NCBI RefSeq assembly: GCF_036588685.1 | Contig: NC_086384.1 | Coordinates: forward strand, 59,272,001 to 59,336,000 | From: Mytilus trossulus | Taxonomy: Eukaryota | Direction of reading: 5' to 3' | Length of the DNA stretch: 64,000 bases | Shown: positions 1-11,218 of the stretch, piece after piece | Layout: each line of letters opens with the position of its first letter | Numbering within the stretch: position 1 is the stretch's first letter | The notes under the pieces: generated by a model | Told to the model about the DNA's origin: nothing | The model's input: only the letters and a program-made list of their open reading frames with translations | The model's database searches: none | Position numbers and translations under genes: made by a program

Positions 1-18
1 TACAATCACAGATTCTAT

Positions 19-940
19 ATGTTATGTTTTATTATATTTATGTTCTCTAAAATGTTAAAAAATTGTAAGATTTTTCCGTTTGCAATCTACTTTATTTTAT
101 TGTTTGAGACAATAAATGGAACTTCTCCGACCGGTTGTAGTTATGACAGCGCCTATTCATCAACAGGGATATATACTTGTATATTTGGAAGCTACGCGGA
201 ACCTTTGACTTACTCAGCTTTTTCAAGTCCACTTCCACAAAGACTGAAGATCACGAATTTAAACGGAAACTTGCCAGCCAGTGGAAGTGCATTTTCGGGA
301 TTCTCAAGTTTTACCTCTGGTTCGTTCGACAGAAATTACCCAGCTCACCTCGAACTTGTCTGTACAACGTCAGGTTCGTTAACTCTTACAACGAATACTT
401 TCACCGATATGAGTTATCTACAGGAAGTTAAGTTTTCTTATTGTGACATAGTTTCCTTATCGAATGGCATGCTAGGACCATTCGGAAGTCTGAACTCATT
501 GATATTTGAACACGGATCTATAGCGTCTTATTCGGCAGACTTTTTAACATCTGTTACGATAGAATCACTTGCTGTTGCTGAACCTAAGGGAGAACTTATT
601 GTGAAGGATTGTTCGATTACTCCAACTACAATACCAGCAGGTGTGTTCGACGGACAAACATCGATACGATCAATACAATTAGTGAAAGCTGGGGTTACAT
701 CTATTGATGCTTCAGCGTTTAGTCTGACAACTCAGCTTAATTATATATCTCTGGTCGACAATTCTATTACGTCATTGGAGAGTAATCTTTTCACAAGTAT
801 TAAAAGTCTGTCGTCCATTGATCTAGGTGGACTTCCATATGACTGTTCCTGTTCAAATTTAGACGTTCTAACGTATTCTAGTGAAAACTCTGTAAAACTG
901 CCGTCTGATTTAATCTGTAACACACCAGCCAGTTCTCAAG
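19..940 (+). CDS. LRR-TM gene 1, exon 1 (signal peptide + LRR ectodomain + LRRCT); start could be ATG 19, 40 or 52
   Basis: ORF 19..966. Hydrophobic N-terminus, PTGCSYD...YTC cap, LxxLxLxxNxI repeats and PYDCSC...LICNTP LRRCT. Phase-1 donor CAAG|GTATGT at 940/941 matches the donor position in all paralogs. Confidence 0.85.
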
Positions 941-1335
941 GTATGTTTATTATTAAAAAAAAATGAAATTCGTAAGTAATATCATTCAAGTGTTAACCTT
1001 ATCTTTAAAAACAACATTCGTAAAAAAAAAAATCTTGTGAAATAGTGATGGAGCGTAAGCTGACAAAAATATATTTTACTTTGAAATATCCTGTTATCTG
1101 TATTGAAACTTACTCAGGTAGTCTAGAAATAAGGGGGAAAACCAAGCCTGAAATGGGTGTCATCAAAGTTTGTTCTTGGATAAATCAGATCTTTGTTCTC
1201 TTCATAAGCGCACATATTTGATAGTAAATATAAAATTTCTTATGATTAAAAACAAACACTGTTGTTCGGAATATCAGGACAGGTACAACAATATTTGAAG
1301 TTTTGTATAAATGATTATAAATGGTATTTTTGTAG

Positions 1336-1392
1336 ATAAAAAAGCTACAAAGTTTTACGCTGAGACCTGTGCTACAGTGTCAAGTTGTTCAG
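1336..1392 (+). CDS. LRR-TM gene 1, exon 2 (DKKATKFYAETCATVSSCS)
   Basis: ttttttgtag acceptor and CAG|GTAAAT donor; 57 nt, phase 1-1; homologous to exon 2 of the paralogs. Confidence 0.85.
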
Positions 1393-1828
1393 GTAAATAC
1401 AGATTTTGCTTTCTTTCAAAATTAATTGTTTATTTTACCGGTATATCCTGATCTGACTGATCAACTGATTTTTGTTGTTGTTGATTTTATGCTGAACTGT
1501 AACACCACTAACCAAGGTAATAGAGATGATTGAATGCCCCAAAAAATTTATCCCCGCGATAGCCGATTATCAGTTGTCTATGACTTATAAGAATATCCGT
1601 CCGTTTTACTAATTCATTGTTTGTTTTAATGTTTGAGATAACTTTCAGCACTATTTCCTAATATCTACAACAGCATCACTTCTCAGAATAGGGTACAATG
1701 TATGAACCAAAAGCATGATTTATACTTATTGATTTTATTGTTGATGTGTTAAACTTTAGCTTGAAAAAGAAATCTACTTTGATTTAAGCTGTGGTCGAAT
1801 TTTAATATTTACTTTAATTTGATTGTAG

Positions 1829-2061
1829 GTTTGTCTTGTTATACTGCGATAGAAATCGTAGGATTCGTCTTACTAGGCCTAGCATTAATTGTCGCTTGTG
1901 TTGCCTTGGCAATGATTTGTCATGCAAAGCGACAAATAACTTCTGCTGCAATATCATCCAGGAGAAGACGACCAAATAGATGGTCAAAAATGAAAAATGC
2001 CATGAGAGCTACAAATCGTGGTCGTCGAGGAGAAAAACCACCAATGAAATCCAAGTATTGA
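1829..2061 (+). CDS. LRR-TM gene 1, exon 3 (TM helix + basic cytoplasmic tail)
   Basis: Acceptor gattgtag at 1828 is in frame. TM segment IVGFVLLGLALIVACVALAMIC; stop at 2059-2061; AATAAA at 2209. Confidence 0.8.
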
Positions 2062-3487
2062 GGTTATATGAAAATGAATGAATTCAAGGAAATTTTCTGA
2101 TTTCCTTCATAAAGTAATCAAGGCATATTGATGCATGTACAATGTATCAATTGGAACAATACAATATTTAAAAAATCACGTTTATTTATTTAATCTTTAA
2201 TTCATGTCAATAAACATGGCGGTTTTGTTTTGTGTATTCTGTATTGAATTAGAGACGATGCGAGTAGTTGATGTCATCCAAACAGTACTATTTAATTGAA
2301 CTAACTGTTGAAGAAAATACACTTTATTTCAGCTTCCTTTGAATCCGATACGTCTCTGAAATAGAACCGGCTTCTTCAGGTGCCCTCGAAATGAATAAAA
2401 AGCCAAAATTAACGCCAGATAAAAGTCAATTCACCTTTTACTGTGTTTTAAAAAAAATCGAATTTCACAAACTGATGTATGGTGGTAACTCCAATGACAC
2501 TATTTAGTAACACTATTGACATTTTTAGTAATGGATGTTATACTATATAATTTGAGATTTTTAAGTCTAAGAAGTATTGTTTCATCTTTTACTTTTGCTC
2601 GGTGTTCTTGATTTTGTGTGCAAAACTTAAAAGTAAATTTTGAAATGTGATGTCAATGGTGATTCTTATTGTGTCATTAGAGTTACTGAAGGGTCAGTGG
2701 TGTTGCTATATAGAAATGCGACATTTTTTGATTTTTTTTCATAAATAAAAGTGTTGTTAGGTCGTATACGAAGGATTAGGTATATTGTTATCATTGAATC
2801 TTATACATGCTACATATATTTAAGTGTATTTCTTAGTGTTCACAACTGCAATGCATAATTAAGACAGCCATTTTTTTACGACTATGTATTCTGAAATTTC
2901 TGTTTGAATAGAATGCACAGCTATATGAATAATGTCACACGTCGTAATTTAACAAATTGGAACAGTTGTTTGATATTTAGAACCTAAATGTATGTTTTGA
3001 ATTGGTTACACCATTGCCACGATTCTATCAAAGGATGACCTAAAATTGTTAAAATTGAAGGAACTCTTAATTTTTCCCATTGCATATTTCTGAATATCGT
3101 TGCTACAATGCACCATATTAAAGAATAGAGGGACACATTTAAATGTTTAAAACAATGACATCATTTTTTACAATATTATCCCTTCGAAATTTTGCACTTG
3201 TTTTGATAATGACCAATGTACAAAACAGTAAACGCGATATTTAAATTGACTTTTTTTACTGTATGATCAACTTAATTCATAACATATATTTAAAATAATG
3301 AGTTAATATGATAATCCATGTTAATCCGACTAAACCTTTTTATAATATTCCACAAGATGTTAGCCTCAACTATTTTACTGAACAGCCATTGACATATTTT
3401 AGATATGGATTCATAAATGTTTATGTACATTATTTGATTGTTGGAAGCAGTTTTTGTAGAACCAACTTGTGTTTTCAGTTTTTTACG

Positions 3488-4364
3488 ATGAAACCAAACA
3501 TCAATGTATTGACTGTTCTACTGTTTCTTCTACTGATCAACTTTTCCTCGAGTGCTCATCCCACCGGGTGTTCCTATGATGGCACATTAGCCTCAACTGG
3601 ACTATATACTTGTGATTTAGGAAGTTACACTGCACCTCTCGCCTACAGTTCTTTCTCCAGTCCTCTCCCACAGAGATTGAAGATCACTGGTGTAACAGGA
3701 ACATTTACCTCTCAATTGTCAGGATTCTCCAGCTTCTCTACTGGATCCTTTGACGCCAATTATCCAGCAAGCCTCGAACTGGAATGTTTGTCGTCTAATT
3801 CGTTAACGTTATCTAGTGTCTCCTTCACAGATATGGGCTATCTCCAGGAAGTTAAATTCAGTTTCTGTAACATAGTATCATTGACTACCGGGATGCTGTC
3901 TCCATTTGGAACACTCAATTCCTTACGATTTGAAGGGGGTTCTATTGCTTCATATTCAAATAGCTTTCTAACTGGACTCATAGTGGAACCCGTGTCATCA
4001 ACTCCAGAACCGAAAGGAGAGCTTGTAATTAAAGATTGTACGATTACCCCGACGTCCATACCATCCGGGACATTTGACGTTTTGACAACAGTGAAGTCCA
4101 TTCGTGTAGAGAACGCCGGTGTCACAGCTGTTGACAGTTCACTATACAACCTGGCTGTGGCTGTAAATGACGTATCTCTGGCAGATAACTCTATAACCAC
4201 TCTAGACAGTGGTATATTTAGCAGCCTGAAAGGACTATCTGATATAAACCTTGACGGGATACCGTATGATTGTACTTGTACCTCCCTAGCATTTCTACAC
4301 TCTTTGTCACAGAACTCTATCCGCTCGGCTGGTCCCATCTGTAATACGCCAGCTGCCTATCAAA
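3488..4364 (+). CDS. LRR-TM gene 2, exon 1
   Basis: MKPNINVLTVLLFLLLINFSSSA signal peptide; close paralog of gene 1; donor CAAA|GTAAGT, phase 1. Confidence 0.88.
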
Positions 4365-5052
4365 GTAAGTAACATTGCATAAACTTCTCTTTTTAAATTC
4401 AACTTGTTTCAAGTCAAAACACTATTATAACCAACAGTAATTTTTTGTAAAAAAACTTCAAATTTAAGAAGACCTAAACATTGCCGAAAATATACACACT
4501 AGTGTTGTTTCATTTATATGTGTAGTTCTTCTCTTTCTGTGTATGTTTGTATTTGTGTGTGCCTCTCCAATATGAGTGCATTTGCAAATACATTATTTTT
4601 TTATTGTTATTCACATTAATTCAACAGATTTAACATTTGTGTAAACAAATATACAATATATCATATAGCTTCTATACACCTGTTTAATTTAAAGTTTCAA
4701 AATCATAGTTTAAAAAGTTGGTCACGGAAAGAAAAAAGTAAAAAACTATAAAAGGATTTCATAATGATCTGAAAACAATAGCCGTACACAATCCTATGCA
4801 CAATAATCAGTAAACTGATACATCATTTAAGTGTAGAAAATAGTAAACATGACTTTAGCAGAAACTCAACAAAGAATCTATGCATTTTCAAGGTCTTTTT
4901 ATCTTTACCGACAGCGGGGTGTTTTTTTATTTTTTTCAGGAGTGATATTTGATTGTTTACTCTCTTAACATTCAGTTTTTTACATTCATTTTTTTTCAAA
5001 TTGAATCGTGCATTGATTGTGTATGAATCTGAAGTGTAATTTTTTATTGTAG

Positions 5053-5109
5053 ACAAAAAAGCGACAAAATACTATGCAGACTCGTGTGATCTAAGTGTCA
5101 GCTGTGCAG
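5053..5109 (+). CDS. LRR-TM gene 2, exon 2 (NKKATKYYADSCDLSVSCA)
   Basis: tttttattgtag acceptor and CAG|GTTAGA donor; 57 nt. Confidence 0.85.
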
Positions 5110-5554
5110 GTTAGAATATTACAATAACATGAAGTATTTTATTACAGTAACATACTCGATGCAATGACAAAAGAATCTGAAATAAAGTTTTACTTTCTCC
5201 TCTGGTAAATATTTCATGAGTAAATGGAAAATCAGCCTTTACATTTTTGAAGGTGTGTATGAATACGATAATACAAGAGAATCCCGGATTAAAAACACAG
5301 AAAGTAAAACCGGGCGTTTTAGAACATTGTAAAAGTAGCTTACTATTATTAATATAGTATAATTATCAGATTGTCATTTCTTGATGTTTTAACATTAATA
5401 TTTTAAAAAACATCTTTACATTCACTAAGTACACGGGGAAAAAACCAGTTCAAATGTAAGCTTACATGTAATATAAAAACTATATTAACAAGACTGTTGG
5501 AGCAACTAATTTTAGTATAAACTTATTGTCGAATTGTTAATAATGAATTATATA

Positions 5555-7719
5555 GTATGATATAAGAGTACCTTCATGTTTAGATATAGCCATAGGATCA
5601 ACCTGTATGACTGTGTATGTTATCAGTTTACCTTTATGTTTAGATATAGCCATTGGATCAACCTGTATGACTGTGTATGATATTAGTGTACCTTTATGTT
5701 TAGATATAGCCATTGGATCAACCTGTATGACTGTGTATGATATCAGTTTACCTTTATGTTTAGATATAGACATTGTATCAACCTGAATGACTGTGTATGT
5801 TATCAGTTTACCTTTATGTTTAGATATAGCCATTGGATCAACCTGTATGACTGTGTATGTTATCAGTTTACCTTTATGTTTAGATATAGACATTGTATCA
5901 ACCTGAATGACTGTGTATGTTATCAGTTTACCTTTATGTTTAGATATAGCCATTGGATCAACCTGTATGACTGTGTATGATATCAGTTTACCTTTATGTT
6001 TAGATATAGCCATTGGATCAACCTGTATGACTGTGTATGTTATCAGTTTACCTTTATGTTTAGATATAGACATTGTATCAACCTGAATGACTGTGTATGT
6101 TATCAGTTTACCTTTATGTTTAGATATAGCCATTGGATCAACCTGTATGACTGTGTATGATATAAGTTTACCTTTATGTTTAGATATAGCCATTGGATCA
6201 ACCTGTATGACTGTGTATGTTATCAGTTTACCTTTATGTTTAGATATAGCCATTGGATCAACCTGTATGACTGTGTATGATATCAGTTTACCTTTATGTT
6301 TAGATATAGCCATTGGATCAACCTGTATGACTGTGTATGTTATCAGTTTACCTTTATGTTTAGATATAGACATTGTATCAACCTGAATGACTGTGTATGT
6401 TATCAGTTTACCTTTATGTTTAGATATAGCCATTGGATCAACCTGTATGACTGTGTATGATATAAGTTTACCTTTATGTTTAGATATAGCCATTGGATCA
6501 ACCTGTATGACTGTGTATGTTATCAGTTTACCTTTATGTTTAGATATAGCCATTGGATCAACCTGTATGACTGTGTATGTTATCAGATTACCTTTATGTT
6601 TAGATATAGCCATTGGATCAACCTGTATGACTGTGTATGATATAAGTTTACCTTTATGTTTAGATATAGCCATTGGATCAACCTGTATGACTGTGTATGT
6701 TATCAGTTTACCTTTATGTTTAGATATAGCCATTGGATCAACCTGTATGACTGTGTATGTTATCAGTTTACCTTTATGTTTAGATATAGACATTGTATCA
6801 ACCTGTATGACTGTGTATGTTATTAGTTTACCTTTATGTTTAGATATAGCCATTGGATCAACCTGTATGACTGTGTATGTTATTAGTTTACCTTTATGTT
6901 TAGATATAGCCATTGGATCAACCTGTATGACTGTGTATGATATCAGTTTACCTTTATGTTTAGATATAGCCATTGGATCAACCTGAATGACTGTGTATGT
7001 TATCAGTTTACCTTTATGTTTAGATATAGACATTGTATCAACCTGTATGACTGTGTATGTTATCAGTTTACCTTTATGTTTAGATATAGCCATTGGATCA
7101 ACCTGTATGACTGTGTATGTTATTAGTTTACCTTTATGTTTAGATATAGCCATTGGATCAACCTGTATGACTGTGTATGATATCAGTTTACCTTTATGTT
7201 TAGATATAGCCATTGGATCAACCTGAATGACTGTGTATGTTATCAGTTTACCTTTATGTTTAGATATAGACATTGTATCAACCTGTATGACTGTGTATGT
7301 TATCAGTTTACCTTTATGTTTAGATATAGCCATTGGATCAACCTGTATGACTGTGTATGTTATTAGTTTACCTTTATGTTTAGATATAGCCATTGGACCA
7401 ACCTGTATGACTGTGTATGTTATCAGTTTACCTTTATGTTTAGATATAGCCATTGGATCAACCTGTATGACTGTGTATGATATTAGTGTACCTTTATGTT
7501 AGGTATAGCTATTTGATCAACCTGTATGACTGTGTATGATATTAGTGTACCTTTATGTTTAGATATAGCCATTGGATCAACCTGTATGACTGTGTGTGAT
7601 ATCAGTTTACCTTCATGTTTAGATATAGCCATTGGATCAACCTGTATGACTGTGTATGATATTAGTTTACCTTTATGTTTAGATATAGCCATTGGATCAA
7701 CCTGTATGACTGTGTATGA
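5555..7719 (+). repeat. 60-bp tandem array of the gene 2 intron2/exon3 acceptor junction, 36 acceptor copies
   Basis: Unit tatcagtttacctttatgtttag|atatagccattggatcaacctgtatgactgtgtatga. AG ends at 5583+60n up to 7443, then 7502, 7562, 7622 and 7682. The last copy runs into unique exon 3. Confidence 0.95.
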
Positions 7720-7933
7720 GCTTGTTGGTAGTATTCTAAGCTTTGTTACCCTAGTGTTAGCGGCAGTAGCACTGGTTATCATTTGCCACACCCGACGTCA
7801 GCTCATGGCAGCAACCTCTAACCTGGAAAAGAACAGGAACAGTGGATGGTCTAAAGCCAAGGAGGCTATGGATACTAATAGATCCATCAAACCTCCAATG
7901 AAAGGATCACAGGCTGTACATGGTTGGGGATGA
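7683..7933 (+). CDS. LRR-TM gene 2, exon 3 (DIAIGSTC + TM + tail)
   Basis: Frame of ORF 7526..7933. TM segment LVGSILSFVTLVLAAVALVIIC; tail homologous to gene 1 (WSK.K.AM.TNR..KPPMK); AATAAA at 8025. Confidence 0.85.
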
Positions 7934-8286
7934 GATCTAAGTGACAGCATGGATCCATAGGTGTCAGTGGTACGACATGGACTAATCGAAACTATATGTT
8001 TTAATTTGATATAAAGTAAATGGAAATAAAACATGTATTTGAACTATATTATGTAATTGTATAGTATGTTTTTTTTAAATTAGCGTAAAAACCCGTTATA
8101 GAATTTTGTTTCCCAAAATTAGGAAAGTATCACACGTGGTCAAGATCCCAAAATTAACGCACATATTTAAATAACAAACATAAAAAGGGTCGAAAGATAC
8201 CAAAGGGGCATTTAAGAGCATTCTATACAGTTCCTATCTCATGATGATTTTATTACAAAAATTTACATACGAGCTATGTTTTACCC

Positions 8287-9170
8287 AAATAAAGGCAACA
8301 GTAGTATACCGCTGTTCAAAACTCATAAATCCATGGACAAAAAACAAAATCGGGGCAACAAACCAAAACCGAGGGAAACGCATTAAATATAAGAGGAGAA
8401 CAACGACACAACACCGAAACGCAACAGCACACAGAAACGGACCAAGCAACAGACAATACACCACGAGAATAACAAATATAACATCAAAACCAAATACATG
8501 AATATGGGATAGACAAGTACCGTGCCACGTCTTATCTCAAAAATAAGAGAAAACAGAAACGACTCAACGTTAAAATGCAACACACACACAGAAACGAACA
8601 ATATTATAACAATGGCCATCTTCCTGACTTGGTACAGGACACTTTTAAAGGGGAATAAAAGTGGTGGGTTGAACCTGGTTTTAAGGCATGCCAAACCTCG
8701 CACTTTAATGGCACAGTTAAATATAACATTGAAATGAAAACAAAATATTACAGGACTACAATACAAATAAAAAGCAGAACATATTAGACAAAGAAAAGCA
8801 TGATTAATAGATAACAAAAAGCATCAGGTTTAAAATTCAATACGCCAAAAACGCGTCTAGTCCACACGAGACTCACCAGTGACGAAAAAAATACAAAATT
8901 GTACAGCACTGAAGATCAAAAGTTGAAAAGGTTTTGCCAAATACGGCATTGTTTGTATGCCCAGGATAAGAACATTCATATTATATAAAACAATTCACAC
9001 TATTGCAAACAGTAAATTTTAACAAATGAATATGAAAGAGATATACATAATGAAACTGAAGTAAAAACTAATTACAGAAAACTAAACCCGAATACATAAC
9101 GCCCAGATCGAAAGTGAAAAAAGTACAAAGTTGTACAGCACTGAAGATCAAAAGTTGAAAAGGTTTCCCA
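8287..9170 (-). mobile_element. Interspersed repeat, probable non-autonomous Penelope-like fragment carrying a degenerate hammerhead (8842-8884)
   Basis: Reverse complement of 8842-8884 (cgtcactggtgagtctcgtgtggactagacgcgtttttggcgt) aligns with the hammerhead-bearing repeats at 28871 and 30022. Boundaries approximate. Confidence 0.45.
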
Positions 9171-10059
9171 AGTGTTTCAAGCATTTAATAAAAGATATAC
9201 CTTCATATTTGCAACTTATTTTCGAAAATGGTAAAAATGTATTATGTTGTTAATGACATTTTCTCTACCTTTTTATTACATTTATTAGTTTTAAATTGTT
9301 ATCTTAAAAGTTTTAAACGGGTGCTCGTGGGCAAATAACACCATTTCTAAAATCTAGAAAGAAAGCAGCGAAATATATTAGAATCAAACCAAAACAGAGA
9401 AAAACAAAATTAGGTTACAATTAATTACATTATAAACAAAACCAAAAACAGAAAAAAAAAACATAATGATGTTACAACTAATAACATTTACAACAACTCA
9501 AAACAGGTTATGAGACAACAGTTGTCAGGACAAACAACCCTCATCTCTCCTTGTATCAACAACCACAATCATTCTCTTCTTGTCAGTCTAATATCAACAA
9601 CCACACTCATTCTCTCCTTGTCGGCCTTATATCAACAACCACAATCATTCTCTCCTTGTCGACCTTATAACAACAACAAACTGTTTGTATCATTGTGCTG
9701 GTTAGTCCAATATCAACACGTACAGTTAGCGTTCCTAACATTCTGAACTGATAGACTGCAATGTTGCAGAAATCCGATTCATTTGAACTGTTTTGGATAG
9801 TGTTTCATTGGCAATCTAACAAAATCTGCTTGTTTTATATGAAGACAAAACATTTAAAAGGACCTTGATAGCTGTGAAATTATATTATCCGTCAAAAAGC
9901 TAAAAATGTCTCCGTGTTTTGCCAATATTTAATCCAAATGTTGCTCTATTGTTTCGTTCAAACATCATTAATATCATTAATGGCCTGTGCATTCTCTTTG
10001 TCGGTTAACATTTAATTAACTTAAAGGTTTAGTGTCTGTGCATGAATCAAGTCTATATA

Positions 10060-10500
10060 TAAGGTATATTTTCGTTCGTATACTTGATATTTTTGGAGGA
10101 ATGAGTCGATACTGTGTTATATTTTCAAGTTTATTTTTCTCGACAAGGACCAATATCCAACGTACATTTTTTTGTACTTATGAATTCTCGGTATGCTTAT
10201 GAACGCAATTTATGTATTACTGGTACAATTATTAAACCAGGGATATCGTTACCATAAATAACTTATAACCTTTACTAAATTTTTCAAAAGATATAAAGAT
10301 TTGGTTTTGAAGTTTGGTTGTACCTGTAAAAAACTTATTTCAAACGAGATAGCACATCCTCATTGTTGTTTACCGTGCCCAAAAATTTAGAAATGATTCA
10401 TGTAAACTTGTCGCTCCTTTAAATAAACTTATTCTAAAAGGTTACCAAATCAATACTTTAATAAGATCATTGAATATTGTTTTTATTGGTATAAAATTAT
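10060..10500 (+). pseudogene. Degenerate Penelope-like retroelement RT C-terminal fragment (second copy at ~13910-14350)
   Basis: ttattaaaccagggatatcgttaccataaa reads LLNQGYRYHK*..TFTKFF, a motif I recognise from Penelope-like RTs; many stops and frameshifts. Confidence 0.5.
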
Positions 10501-10859
10501 ATTAATTTTGTTATATACATATCATGGATCTACAATCTGTCGATACCTGTAATTTGACATTGCACAAGGTCATGGTTTTCTCTGGTTGTTTATGACGTCT
10601 TTACACTAAATCCATTGGATGTTGGATGTGTACGGATTGATAGTTTAGTCTTAGATGCATGATATTTTTTTTTATTAATATGATAGTGGCTTAGAACTAG
10701 ATGTCAGATTACTGCGAGTACACTCAGATCTGTTCATTTTGTCTTTTGCTGTCGGGATGTATAAGTACCCGGCCACGTCCACTTGTAGTTTTGTCCATCT
10801 GATGAGTTAAGCCTTTTTCAACTGATTTCAACTGATTTTTATAGTTCGTTCTTATGATG

Positions 10860-11218
10860 TACTGTTATACCCCTGTCCCAGGTTAGGAGGAGGGTTGGGA
10901 TCCCGCTAACATGTTTAATCCCGCCACATTATTTATGTATGTGCCTGTCCTAAGCCAGGAGCATGTAATTCAGTGGTTGTCGTTTGTTTATGTGTTATAT
11001 ATTTGTTTTTCGTTCATTTTCTTATATAAATAAGGCCGTTAGTTTTCTCGTTTGAATTGTTTTACATTGTCTTATCAGGGCATTTTATAGCTGACTATGC
11101 GGTATGGGGTATACTCATTGTTGTAGACCGTACGGTGACCTAAAGTTGTTAATGTATGTGTCATTTTGGTGGGTTAACAGTTGTCTCATGGGCAATCATA
11201 CCACATCTTCTTTTTTAT
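10860..11218. mobile_element. Abundant interspersed repeat family A (SINE-like/non-autonomous); other copies ~11927-12125, 14710-15070, 15779-15980, 25110-25420, 44951-45180, 53810-53930, 55744-56085
   Basis: Recurrent ...aaaaaagaagatgtggtatgattgccaatgagacaac...ggtcaccgtacggccttcaac... in both orientations. Confidence 0.75.

Noticed and set aside
3308-3487. Upstream in-frame extension of gene 2 (similarly 17199-17258, 30301-30439, 33184-33310, 54781-54825)
   Set aside because: These lie before the signal-peptide ATG or the splice acceptor and are not conserved among paralogs.
5537-7453. 638-aa minus-strand ORF of 20-aa repeats
   Set aside because: It is the antisense reading of the 60-bp acceptor array, open only because the unit is a stop-free codon multiple; no independent gene evidence.
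8234-8817. Short overlapping ORFs on both strands
   Set aside because: They lie within interspersed repeat sequence with low-complexity composition and no recognisable domain.
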